64,000 nucleotides of DNA, from contig OZ024741.1 in the NCBI GenBank assembly GCA_964016885.1, positions 213,962,001 to 214,026,000 on the forward strand. The letters are read 5' to 3'. A program made the translations under genes and the position numbers. Below the pieces are notes generated by a model. That model did not search any database. It saw only the letters and a program-made list of their open reading frames with translations, and was not told the origin of the DNA. Origin of the DNA: Eledone cirrhosa. Lineage: Eukaryota. Shown piece after piece: positions 53,145 to 64,000 of the stretch; the stretch's first letter is position 1, and every line of letters starts with the position of its first letter.

Positions 53145-55872
53145 TGTGGTGTTGGGTGATATGGTGTATTATTCTGTGGTGTGGCGTGGTATGGCGTGGT
53201 GTGGTGTGGTGTTGTTTGGTGTGGTGTGGCGTGGTGTGGTGTGTTGTGGTGTGGTGTTGTATGGTGTGGTGTGGCGTGGTGTGGTGTGGTGTGGTGTGGT
53301 GTTGTATGGTGTGGTGTGGCGTGGTGTGGTGTGGTGTGGTGTGGTGTTGTATGGTGTGGTGTGGCGTGATGTGGTGTGGTGTTGTATGGTGTGGCGTGGT
53401 GTGGCGTGGTGTGGTGTGGTGTGGTATACTGTGGTGGAGTTTGCTGTGGTGCAGTGTGATGTGTTGTAACGTAGTGTACTGTGGTGTAGTGTGATGTGAT
53501 GTGGTGTAGTGTGATGTTGTGTGGTGTAGTGTGCTGTGTTGTAGTGTAATATGGTAGAGTGTGCTGTGGTGTAGTGTAGTGTAGTGTAGTGTGGTGTGGT
53601 GTAGTGTAGTGTAGTGTGGTGTGGCGTAGTGTAGTGTTATGTCGTGTAGTGTAGTGTGGTGTAGTGTGGTGTTATGTGGTGTAGTGTAGTGTGGTGTAGT
53701 GTGGTGTAGTGTGATGTTGTGTAGTGTGGTGTAGTGTGATGTGGTGTGATGTGTGATGTGGTGTGGTGTAGTGTGTTGTAGTGTATTGCAGTGTGGTGTA
53801 GTGTTTTGTGATGAGGTGTGTTGTTATGTAGTGTGATGTAGTATATTGCAATATAGTGCAGTGTGTGTGATGTAGTGTAGTGGTGGCGTAGTAGTGATAT
53901 ATTTTAGTATTGTGTTGTATGATGTAGTGTATAGCAATGTGGTGCGTGGTGCTGTTGTGTGATGTAGTGTTGTGTGATGTGTAGTGTGATGTCGTGTTGT
54001 GTGATGTAGTGTTGTGTGATGTAGTGTTGTGTGATGTAGTGTGATGTAGTGTTATGTGATGTAGTGTTGTGTGATGTAGTGTAGTTGGATATAGTGTAGT
54101 GTTATGTAGTGTAGTGTGATCTAGTGCTGTGGGATTTAGTGTTGTGGGATGTAGTGTAGTGGGATATAGTGTAGTGTTATGTAGTGTAATGTGATCTAGT
54201 GCTGTGGGATTTAGTGTTGTGTGATGTAGTGTTGTGTGATTTAGTGTAGTGTGATGTAGTGTAGTGTGATGTAGTGTTGTGGGATGTAGTGTAGTGTGAT
54301 GTAGTGCTGTGGGATGTAGTGTTGTGTGATGTAGTGTTGTGTGATGTAGTGTAATGTGATGATGTGTTGTGTGATGTAGTGTAGAGTGGTGTACTGTTGT
54401 GTGATGTAGTGTACTGTGTTGTAGTGTGATGTAGTGTTGTGTGATGTAGTGTTGTGTGATGTAGTGTTGTGTGATGTAGTGTAGTGTGATTTAGTGTTGT
54501 GTGATGTAGTGTAGTGTGATGTAGTGTTGTTGAATGTAGTGTTGTGTGATGTAGTGTTGTGTGATGTAGTGTTGTATGATGTAGTGCTGTGTGATGTAGT
54601 GTTGGGTGGTGTAGTGTTGGGTGATGTAGTGTTATGTGATGTAGTGATGTGTGATGTAGTGTAGTGTGATGTAGTGTTGTTGAATGTAGTGTTGTGTGAT
54701 GTAGTGTTGTGTGATGTAGTGTTGTGGGATGTAGTGTAGTGTGATGTAGTGTTGGGTGGTGTAGTGTTGGGTGATGTAGTGTTATGTGATGTAGTGATGT
54801 GTGATGTAGTGTTGTGGGATGTAGTGTAGTGTGATGTAGTGTTGTGTGATGTAGAGTGATGTAGTGTTGTGTGATGTAGAGTGATGTAGTGTTGTGTGAT
54901 GTAGTGTTGTGTGATGTAGTGTTGTGTGATGTAGTGATGTGTGATGTAGTGTTGTGGGATGTAGTGTAGTGTGATGTAGTGTTGTGTGATGTAGTGTGAT
55001 GTAGTGTTGTGTGATGTAGTCTTGTGTGATGTAGTGTTGTGTGATGTAGTGTTATGTGATGTAGTGTTGTGTGATGTAGTGTTATGTGATGTAGTGTTGT
55101 GTGATGTAGTGTTGTGTGATGTAGCGTGATGTAGTGTTGTGTGATGTAGTGTTGTGTGCTGTGTTGTAGTGTGATGTAGTGTTGTGTGATGTAGTGTTGT
55201 GTGATGTAGTGTTGTGTGATGTAGTGTTGTGGGATGTAGTGTAGTGTGATGTAGTGTTGGGTGATGTAGTGTTGGGTGATGTAGTGTTATGTGATGTAGT
55301 GATGTGTGATGTAGTGTTGTGGGATGTAGTGTCGTGTGATGTAGTGTTATGTGATGTAGTGTTGTGTGATGTAGTACTGTGTGATGTAGTGTTGTGTCAT
55401 GTAGTGGAGTGTGGTGTAGTGTTGTGTGATGTAGTGTAGTGTGCTATATTGTTGTGCGATGTAGTGTAGTGTGATGTAGTGTGATGTGATGTAGAGTTGT
55501 GTAATGATCTATTGTGTGATGTAGTGTAGTGTGATGTAGTCTAGTGTGATGATGTGTTGTGTGATGTACTGGTGTATGATGTAGTGCTGTATGATGTAGT
55601 GGTGTGTGATGTAGTGTTGTGCGATGTATTGTTGTAGGATGTAGTGTTGTGGGATGTAGTGTTGTGGGATGTATTGTTATGTGATGTAGTGCTGTGTGAT
55701 GTAGTGTTGTGTGATGTAGTGTTATGTGATGTAGTGTTATGGGATGTAGTGTAGTGTGCTATGTTGTTGTGTGATGTAGTGTAGTGTGCTATGTTGTTGT
55801 GCGATGTAGTGTAGTGTGCTATGTTGTTGTGTGATGTAGTGTAGTGTGCTATGTTGTTGTGTGATGTAGTGT
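53145..55872. repeat. Pentamer-based satellite grading from (GTGTG)n to (GTGTA)n to a 15-bp unit gtgatgtagtgttgt
   Basis: Directly visible. Confidence 0.92.
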
Positions 55873-56824
55873 ATTGAGTCTGGTTTGGTGCAGTTTGTGA
55901 AATTTAAGCGAGAGTAATGCGATATTTCTTATGTTAAGTGGTAGGTCTTGCAAAATGGCTGAAAAATAACATCTCTTCTCTCTTACTTTCAACACACACA
56001 CACGCACACACACACACACACACACAGACATTATTGTGTATGTGTGTGAAAGAGGCAATTTTATCTCAATAAAATGTTAAGATGGTATCGAATGATCACC
56101 ACCATCTTCATCAATGTAAGTTTTACAAAGAAGAGAAAATAAAGGGGGAAATATACAGGGGGAAGAATTGCTGAGTGGGCACACACCACAGCGTAGGCTG
56201 GACGGTACTTCTCACCACCTCCACCACCATCACCATCATCACCCCACCCCCCCACCACTATCACCACCACCGCCAACGCCACCACCGCCACCACCACCAC
56301 CACTATCACCACCACCGCCAACGCCACCACCGCCACCACCACCACCGCTTTGGTCGTCATTATTATCATCACCATCACCATCATCACATTTACCATTGTC
56401 AACCTCATCACCATACTGGAAATGACAGCAGCAACAACAAGAACAGCAGCAGTAACATCATCATCACCAACACCATCATCACCAACATTGGAAATAGCAG
56501 CAGCAGCAGTTACAGTAACAAGAACAGCATCATCACAAACAGCAGCAGTAACAACAAGAACAACAGTAGGAACAGCATCACCACCACCATTAGCAGCAGC
56601 AGCACTGGAAATAACGGCAGCAGCAATGACAACAGCTGCAGCAGTAATAACAACAAGAGCAGCATCATAATCACTAACAGCAGCAGCAGCAGTAGATGCA
56701 GCTGCAGAGATGTTGGCTACTTGGGGTGGGGGTGGGAGTGGGAGTGGGGTGCTGGCAGACAGACGATAATGATGTATAACTGTGGAAGACCTTCAAGTCC
56801 AGTGAGGGAGAGTAATGTCTGTGG

Positions 56825-59340
56825 GGGTGGGGTGAGGATAGTGGGGGGGGGGGGTACCAGAGGTTGTCATGATGATGGTGATGGTGTTGGTGGTGGTGGT
56901 GTTATTGGTGGTGGTGGTATTGGAGATGGTGTTGGTGCTTGTGGTGGTGTTGGTGCTTGTGGTGGTGTTGGTGATGGTGGTGTTATTGGTGGTGGTGGTA
57001 TTGGTGGTGGTATTGGTGATGGTGTTGGTGCTTGTGGTGGTGGTGTTGGTGATGGTGGTGGTATTGGTGGTGGTGGTATTGGTGATGGTGTTGGTGATGG
57101 TGTTGGTGCTTGTGGTGGTGGTGTTGGTGATGGTGGTGGTATTGGTGGTGGTATTGGTGATGGTGTTGGTGATGGTATTGGTGGTGGTGGTATTAGTGGT
57201 GGTGGTATTGGTGGTGGTATTGGTGGTGGTGGTATTGGTGGTGGTGGTATTGGTGGTGGTATTGGTGATGGTGTTGGTGATGGTGTTGGTGCTTGTGGTG
57301 GTGTTGGTGGTGTTGGTGTTGGTGGTGGTGGTATTGGTGGTGGTATTGGTGGTGGTATTGGTGATGGTGTTGGTGCTTGTGGTGGTGTTGGTGGTGTTGG
57401 TGTTGGTGGTGGTGGTATTGGTGGTGGTATTGGTGGTGGTATTGGTGATGGTGTTGGTGCTTGTGGTGGTGTTGGTGGTGTTGGTGTTGGTGGTGGTGGT
57501 GTTATTGGTGGTGGTATTGGTGGTGTTATTGGTGGTGGTGGTATTGGTGATGGTGTTGGTGCTTGTGGTGGTGTTGGTGGTGTTGGTGTTGGTGGTGGTG
57601 GTATTGGTGTGGTGGTGGTATTGGTGATGGCGATGGTGCTTGTGGTTGTGTTGGTGGTGGTGGTGGTATTGGTGATGGTGATGGTGCTTGTGGTTGTGTT
57701 GGTGGTGGTGGTGGTGGTATTGGTGGTGGTGTTGGTGCTTGTGGTGGTGGTGGTGGTGGTGTTGGTGGTGGTGGTGGTATTGGTGGTGGTATTGGTGGTG
57801 GTATTGGTGGTGGTATTGGTGATGGTGATGGTGCTTGTGGTTGTGTTGGTGGTGGTGGTGTTATTGGTGGTGGTGGTATTGGTGATGGTGTTGGTGCTTG
57901 TGGTGGTGTTGGTGGTGGTGGTGTTATTGGTGGTGGTATTGGTGGTGGTGGTATTGGTGATGGTGTTGGTGCTTGTGGTGGTGTTGGTGGTGGTGGTGGT
58001 ATTGGTGGTGGTGTTGGTGGTGGTGGTGGTGGTGGTATTGGTGTTGGTGTTGGTGCTTGTGGTGGTGTTGGTGTTGGTGGTGGTATTGGTGGTGTTATTG
58101 GTGGTGGTGGTATTGGTGATGGTGATGGTGCTTGTGGTTGTGTTGGTGGTGGTGGTGGTGGTATTGGTGGTGGTGGTATTGGTGATGGTGATGGTGCTTG
58201 TGGTTGTGTTGGTGGTGGTGGTGGTATTGGTGGTGGTATTGGTGGTGGTGGTATTGGTGATGGTGATGGTGCTTGTGGTTGTGTTGGTGGTGGTGGTGGT
58301 ATTGATGGTGGTATTGGTGTTGGTGTTGGTGCTTGTGGTGGTGTTGGTGGTGGTGTTGGTGGTGGTGGTGGTATTGGTGGTGTTATTGGTGGTGGTGGTA
58401 TTGGTGATGGTGTTGGTGCTTGTGGTGGTGTTGGTGGTGGTATTGGTGGTGGTGTTGGTAGTGGTGTTGGTGGTGGTGATGGTGCTTGTGGTTGTGTTGG
58501 TGGTGGTGGTGGTATTGGTGGTGGTATTGGTGGTGGTGGTGATGGTGCTTGTGGTTGTGTTGGTGGTGGTGGTGGTATTGGTGGTGGTGTTGGTGGTGGT
58601 GGTATTGGTGGTGGTATTGGTGGTGGTATTGGTGGTGGTATTGGTGATGGTGTTGTTGCTTGTGGTGGTGTTGGTGGTGGTGGTGGTGTTATTGGTGGTG
58701 GTATTGGTGATGGTGTTGGTGCTTGTGGTGGTGTTGGTGATGGTGATGGTGATGGTGCTTGTGGTTGTGTTGGTGGTCGTGGTGGTGGTGGTGGTGGTGT
58801 TATTGGTGGTGGTGGTATTGGTGGTGTTATTGGTGGTGGTGGTATTGGTGATGGTGCTTGTGGTGGTAGTGGTGGTGGTATTGGTGGTGGTATTGGTGAT
58901 GGTGATGGTGCTTGTGGTGGTGTTGGTGGTGGTGGTGTTGGTGGTGGTGGTGTTATTGGTGGTGGTGGTATTGGTGGTGTTATTGGTGGTGGTGGTATTG
59001 GTGATGTTGATGGTGCTTGTGGTGGTATTGGTGGTGGTGGTGGTGGTAATGGTGGTGGTATTGGTGATGGTGATGGAGCTTGTGCTTGTGATGGTGATGC
59101 TGCTTGTAATGGTGATGGTTATTGTTGCTTGTGGTAGTGATGGCGTTAGTGCTTGTGATGGTAGTGGTGGTGGTGGTGGTGAGGTAAACGTAATGGTAGT
59201 GATGGTGTTGGTGCTTGTGGTGATGATTGTTGTGATGATTGGAGATGGGGTAGGGATAGTGGTGTTTGTGATGGTGGGGATGGTGTTGCTGGTCGTCTTC
59301 TTCGTCGTTGTCATGATGATGATGGTGGTGGTGGTGGCAA
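56825..59340. repeat. (GGT)n-derived expanded repeat, paralogous to the short block at 51715-52050
   Basis: Shared unique flanks taccagaggttgtcatgatgatggtga and ggagatgggg..ggatagtggtgtttgtgatggtgggg..ggtgttgctggtcgtc. Confidence 0.85.
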
Positions 59341-59487
59341 GAATAGTCATTGAGGTCACATGATGTGTGGCGAAAGAACTTTGATAACTAAACAAGCACC
59401 CGGTTACTAATGTTTGGAAAATTTATTGAACCAACATCGATTAAATTGTATAATTTCTGTAATCAAAAACATTGTCATGTTATTATA

Positions 59488-60222
59488 ATAATTGTTTCTA
59501 TTTTTGGCACAAGGCCAGCAATTATCCCAGTGCATTACTGGTACTCTATTTTATCGATTCACGTAAGGATGAAAGGCAAAGTTAACCTTGGCGGGATTTG
59601 AACTCAGATTATAAAAGGCCGTAACTCTATATTGCAAAACATGGCGTCCGACCTTCTACCAATACTGCCAACCCACTAACATCATTTTATTATAATAATT
59701 GTTTCTACTTTTGGCACTGGTACTTTATTTTATCGACCCCATAAGGATGAAAGGCAAAGTTAACCTCGACGGGATTTGAACTCAAACCGTAAAGGGACGT
59801 AACTATGCTAGAAAGCATGGCGTCCAACTCTCTAACGATAACATGACACACTCACATTCACATAACGTCTCAGTCAAACTGTGTATACGTCATTTGATAT
59901 GTAGTCAAAATTACAATGTCTTAAAGTTAGACAAAACCATTTACTTACTCAACTAATAATTGTTTCTACTTTTGGCACAAGGCCAGCAATTACCCAGTGC
60001 ATTACTGAACTAATAATAAACTCAACTGTGTTTGTGTTTTTATTCGCTCTATGACCCTCCCAAGGTGATGAATTGGCAGAGTCGTTAGAACGTCGTATAG
60101 GATGCTTTGCGGTATTCGTTACTGCTCTCTGCTTTCTGAGTTCAAATCCCGCCGAAGTCAACTTTGCCTTTCATCCATTCAAGGTAGATACAAAAGTACC
60201 TGTCTCATACTGGGGTCGATAC
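59488..60222. mobile_element. Cluster of OK-like SINE copies: 59490-59675 (-), 59697-59840 (-), fragment 59958-60010 (-), 60063-60222 (+)
   Basis: Same core (aaggatgaaaggcaaagttaacc, ggatttgaactc) and A/B boxes. Confidence 0.8.
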
Positions 60223-60257
60223 ATCTGTATATATACCTGTATATATATATATATCAA

Positions 60258-60412
60258 ATAAGGTGTGGTAAGATACCAGTTGGACTATAACGCACCAGAG
60301 TACTCGATACTTAGGGTGGTAGAGTGAGTAATAGGTAAAGTGTCAGGACCCCCGACGGCTGAGCTCCAGCCGTTTCGTCAGCTAGATCCGAACCTGACTA
60401 TTTTCCTATTAC
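60258..60412 (-). mobile_element. Diverged copy of the 14669 family, TA-flanked
   Basis: ataacgcaccagagtactcgatacttagggtggtagagtgagtaatagg...ccccgacggctgagctccagccgtttcg. Confidence 0.7.
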
Positions 60413-60462
<50 letters not shown>

Positions 60463-61559
60463 CTATATGTTTTTTTCTTTTCTATGTCTGTCTTTGTCTC
60501 CATTAATACACCAGACCCAGGGCAGTGTGTGTGAGTCAATTTCCTCATTACCAGATACAGACCACTCTCTCTTCTCTGGAAGAAATCTGCTGTATTCAGA
60601 CCCAGAGAGGAGATATATGACCATACGGCACCCTATGTCAGGAGTTACGGGTCCATACATACATGAACCTCCCAAAGTATAACAATATAAGTAGCGTATG
60701 ATTTGAGAGATTTGGCTGTTTTACATTGCAAATCAAGAACAATCATATAAAGTAGAAACCTAGTCGACTCATTTAAATAGCCAAATATTTTGTATAGTGG
60801 TAAATAGGGGCGAGTGTGGCAAGGCGAAGAAAATGTGGAGAGAATGGTAGAAGGAAGGGTGGAAGGAAGAGGTGCAATTGAAGAATGGAAAGATGGCAGC
60901 AAAATAAGGGGTGAAGGTGAAAGGTATTAAAAAGGACAGAAGAAAGGAAGAAGGGGAAGAAGAAAGGAAGCTAAAAAAATGGCTGAACATGAAAGACAAA
61001 ATGGTGGCTTGGTTAAAAAAAATGTGGGATGAAGGTGACAAAGAAGGAATAAAGATTGGGGTGGGGAGGAAATATGGAGAAATAAAGAGAGAGAGAAAAA
61101 AAGAAGACATATAACAAGACATACACACACAAATACACTAGACATATAGAAACACACTGACATATACAGACATAAACATACACATATAGACACCAACAGG
61201 CATACACGCGCACGCACTTACAAACATAGTATACCATGCAAACGTATTCAAACTCACACATAGAGTCACCAACAGGCATACATACACACACACTTAGAAA
61301 CACAGATGCACGTTACAAACGCATACGTATACAATACAAACGCATACATTTACAGACACATAAAAACATATACAGATACGTACAAACATACATACACACA
61401 TTACAAACACATTCGGACATACATAAACATACACACATAAACATACACATCTATAGACACATACAAACATATACTGACACAAACATAGAAATAAACACAA
61501 TAAATACACAAATAAAATAAATATAGTAAAAAGGAAAGGATTGAGGGAATGGAAGCAAA

Positions 61560-61945
61560 ACACAGACAGGCTGACAGACAGACAGACAGAGAGAGAGAGA
61601 CAGAGAGACAGAGAGAGAGAGACAGACATACAGACAGAGAGAGAGACAGGCAGAGAGACAGAGAGAGAGACAGACAGAGAGACAGACAGGCAGGGAGACA
61701 TACAGACAGAGAGAGAGAGAGGCAGACAGACAGACAGAGAGAGAGAGAGAGAGACAGGCAGAGAGACAGACAGACAGAGAGAGAGAGAGGCAGACAGACA
61801 GACAGACAGAGAGACAGAGAGACAGAGAGACAGGCAGAGAGACAGAGAGAAGACAGACAGACAGAGAGACAGACATACAGAGAGACAGACAGAGAGACAG
61901 AGAGACAGAGAGAGAGACAGAGAGACAGACAGACAGACAGGCAGA
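61560..61945. repeat. (GACA)n/(GA)n microsatellite
   Basis: Directly visible. Confidence 0.92.
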
Positions 61946-62093
61946 TATAAATAAGTAAATAAATAAATACATAACGAGAAAAAGGAAAGAGCGAAAGTAG
62001 TGGAGAAAGAAAAAAAAAAGACAAAGAAAGACGATGAATAAAAGAAAAAAAAAGGCGCAAGGGAAAGATTTGTAAGAGTTCTTCTGAGCCATT

Positions 62094-62140
62094 TTAAGTA
62101 CGTCGTTTTCTTGAAGGTTTTTCTGGCTGGTCTGGTTTGG
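62094..62140 (-). CDS. Weak candidate exon (e.g. [14 protein letters not shown])
   Basis: Minus-strand acceptor gtccctcgctcctattaacacag| followed by purine-rich unique sequence; frame ambiguous. Confidence 0.25.
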
Positions 62141-62156
62141 CTGTGTTAATAGGAGC

Positions 62157-63423
62157 GAGGGACAGACACACACACACACGTAGACATACACACACACACG
62201 TAGACATACACACACACACATGTGTAGTTATATACACACACTGGTCTGTATTTGGTGTCGTAATGAGGACAGACATACACACACACACACGTAGACATAC
62301 ACACACACACGTAGACATACACACACACATGTGTAGTTATATACACACACTGGCCTGTATTTGGTGTCGTAATGGGGACAGACATACACACACACACGTA
62401 GACATACACACACACACATGTGTAGTTATATACACACACTGGTCTGTATTTGGTGTCGTAATGAGGACAGACATACACACACACACACGTAGACATACAC
62501 ACACACACGTAGACATACACACACACATGTGTAGTTATATACACACACTGGCCTGTATTTGGTGTCGTAATGGGGACAGACATACACACACACACGCGTA
62601 GACATACACATACACACGTAAACATACACACACACGTGTAGTTATATACACATATACTAGCCTGTATTTGGTGTTGTAATGGGGACAGACATACACACAC
62701 ACGTAGACATACACACACACACGTAGACATACACACACATGTGTAGTTATATACACATATACTGGTCTGTATTTGGTGTCGTAATGGGGACAGACATACA
62801 CACACACGTAGACATACACACACACACGTAGACATACACACACATGTGTAGTTATATACATATACTGGTCTGTATTTGGTGTCGTAATGGGGACAGACAT
62901 ACACACACACGTAGACATACACACACACACGTAGACATACACACACATGTGTAGTTATATACACATATACTGGTCTGTATTTGGTGTCGTAATGGGGACA
63001 GACATACACACACACGTAGACATACACACACACACGTAGACATACACACACATGTGTAGTTATATACATATACTGGTCTGTATTTGGTGTCGTAATGGGG
63101 ACAGACATACACACACACGTAGACATACACACACACACGTAGACATACACACACATGTGTAGTTATATACACATATACTGGTCTGTATTTGGTGTCGTAA
63201 TGGGGACAGACATACACACACACGTAGACATACACACACACACGTAGACATACACACACATGTGTAGTTATATACATATACTGGTCTGTATTTGGTGTCG
63301 TAATGGGGACAGACAGAGTGGTCTGTATCTGGATCGGTAGTGGGAACACAGAGGGACACACGCATACATATATATAGACACACACACATACTGATCTGTA
63401 TTTAGTGAGGTAATGGGGACAGA

Positions 63424-63484
<61 letters not shown>

Positions 63485-63542
63485 GTATATATATATAGAC
63501 ACACACATGCTGCTCTGTATTTAGTGAGGTAATGGGGACAGA

Positions 63543-63594
<52 letters not shown>

Positions 63595-63647
63595 AATATA
63601 GACACACACACATACTGATCTGTATTTAGTGAGGTAATGGGGACAGA

Positions 63648-63706
<59 letters not shown>

Positions 63707-63764
63707 GTATATATATATAGACACACACATGCTGCTCTGTATTTAGTGAGGTAATGGGGACAGA

Positions 63765-63816
<52 letters not shown>

Positions 63817-63877
63817 AATATAGACACACACACATACTGATCTGTATTTAGTGAGGTAATGGGGACAGAGAGGGACA

Positions 63878-63953
<76 letters not shown>

Positions 63954-64000
63954 TACACACATACTGATCTGTATTTAGTGAGGTAATGGGGACAGAGAGG
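62157..64000. repeat. ~105-115-bp minisatellite in two zones (core tgtatttggtgtcgtaatggggacaga to ~63310, then tgtatttagtgaggtaatggggacaga), with embedded CA/TA runs; runs off the window
   Basis: Directly visible. Confidence 0.9.

Noticed and set aside
56175-59395. 1062-aa, 842-aa and 524-aa ORFs resembling Gly-rich or mucin-like proteins
   Set aside because: Open in several frames on both strands because GGT repeats lack stops; a frameshift falls mid-repeat and a short paralogue exists at 51.7 kb.

Overview
Eukaryotic, AT-rich, extremely repeat-dense and almost entirely non-coding DNA. The SINE repertoire and the dense (TA)n/(CA)n/(GGT)n/(TAG)n microsatellites resemble an octopus (coleoid cephalopod) genome; this is an inference from recalled repeat sequences. 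Nearly all long ORFs in the track are translations of simple repeats. Real content: many mini- and microsatellites, tRNA-derived SINEs, a 1.3-kb internally deleted Helitron with intact termini, a mariner-type MITE, and a few small candidate exons on the minus strand. The main discovery is a set of short, mostly (TA)n-embedded elements carrying type I hammerhead ribozymes (HHR) with palindromic mini stem III, often arranged as fold-back inverted duplications. The centrepiece is a 3.8-kb array of a 311-bp HHR-containing unit (5 copies, a fold-back at an internal hairpin, then 7 copies in the opposite orientation). It looks like a retrozyme or non-autonomous Penelope-like element that could produce circular RNA. 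At least four other distinct HHR families and a fold-back element with a tRNA-like cloverleaf occur in the same window. All structures were read by eye; no folding or database searches were run.
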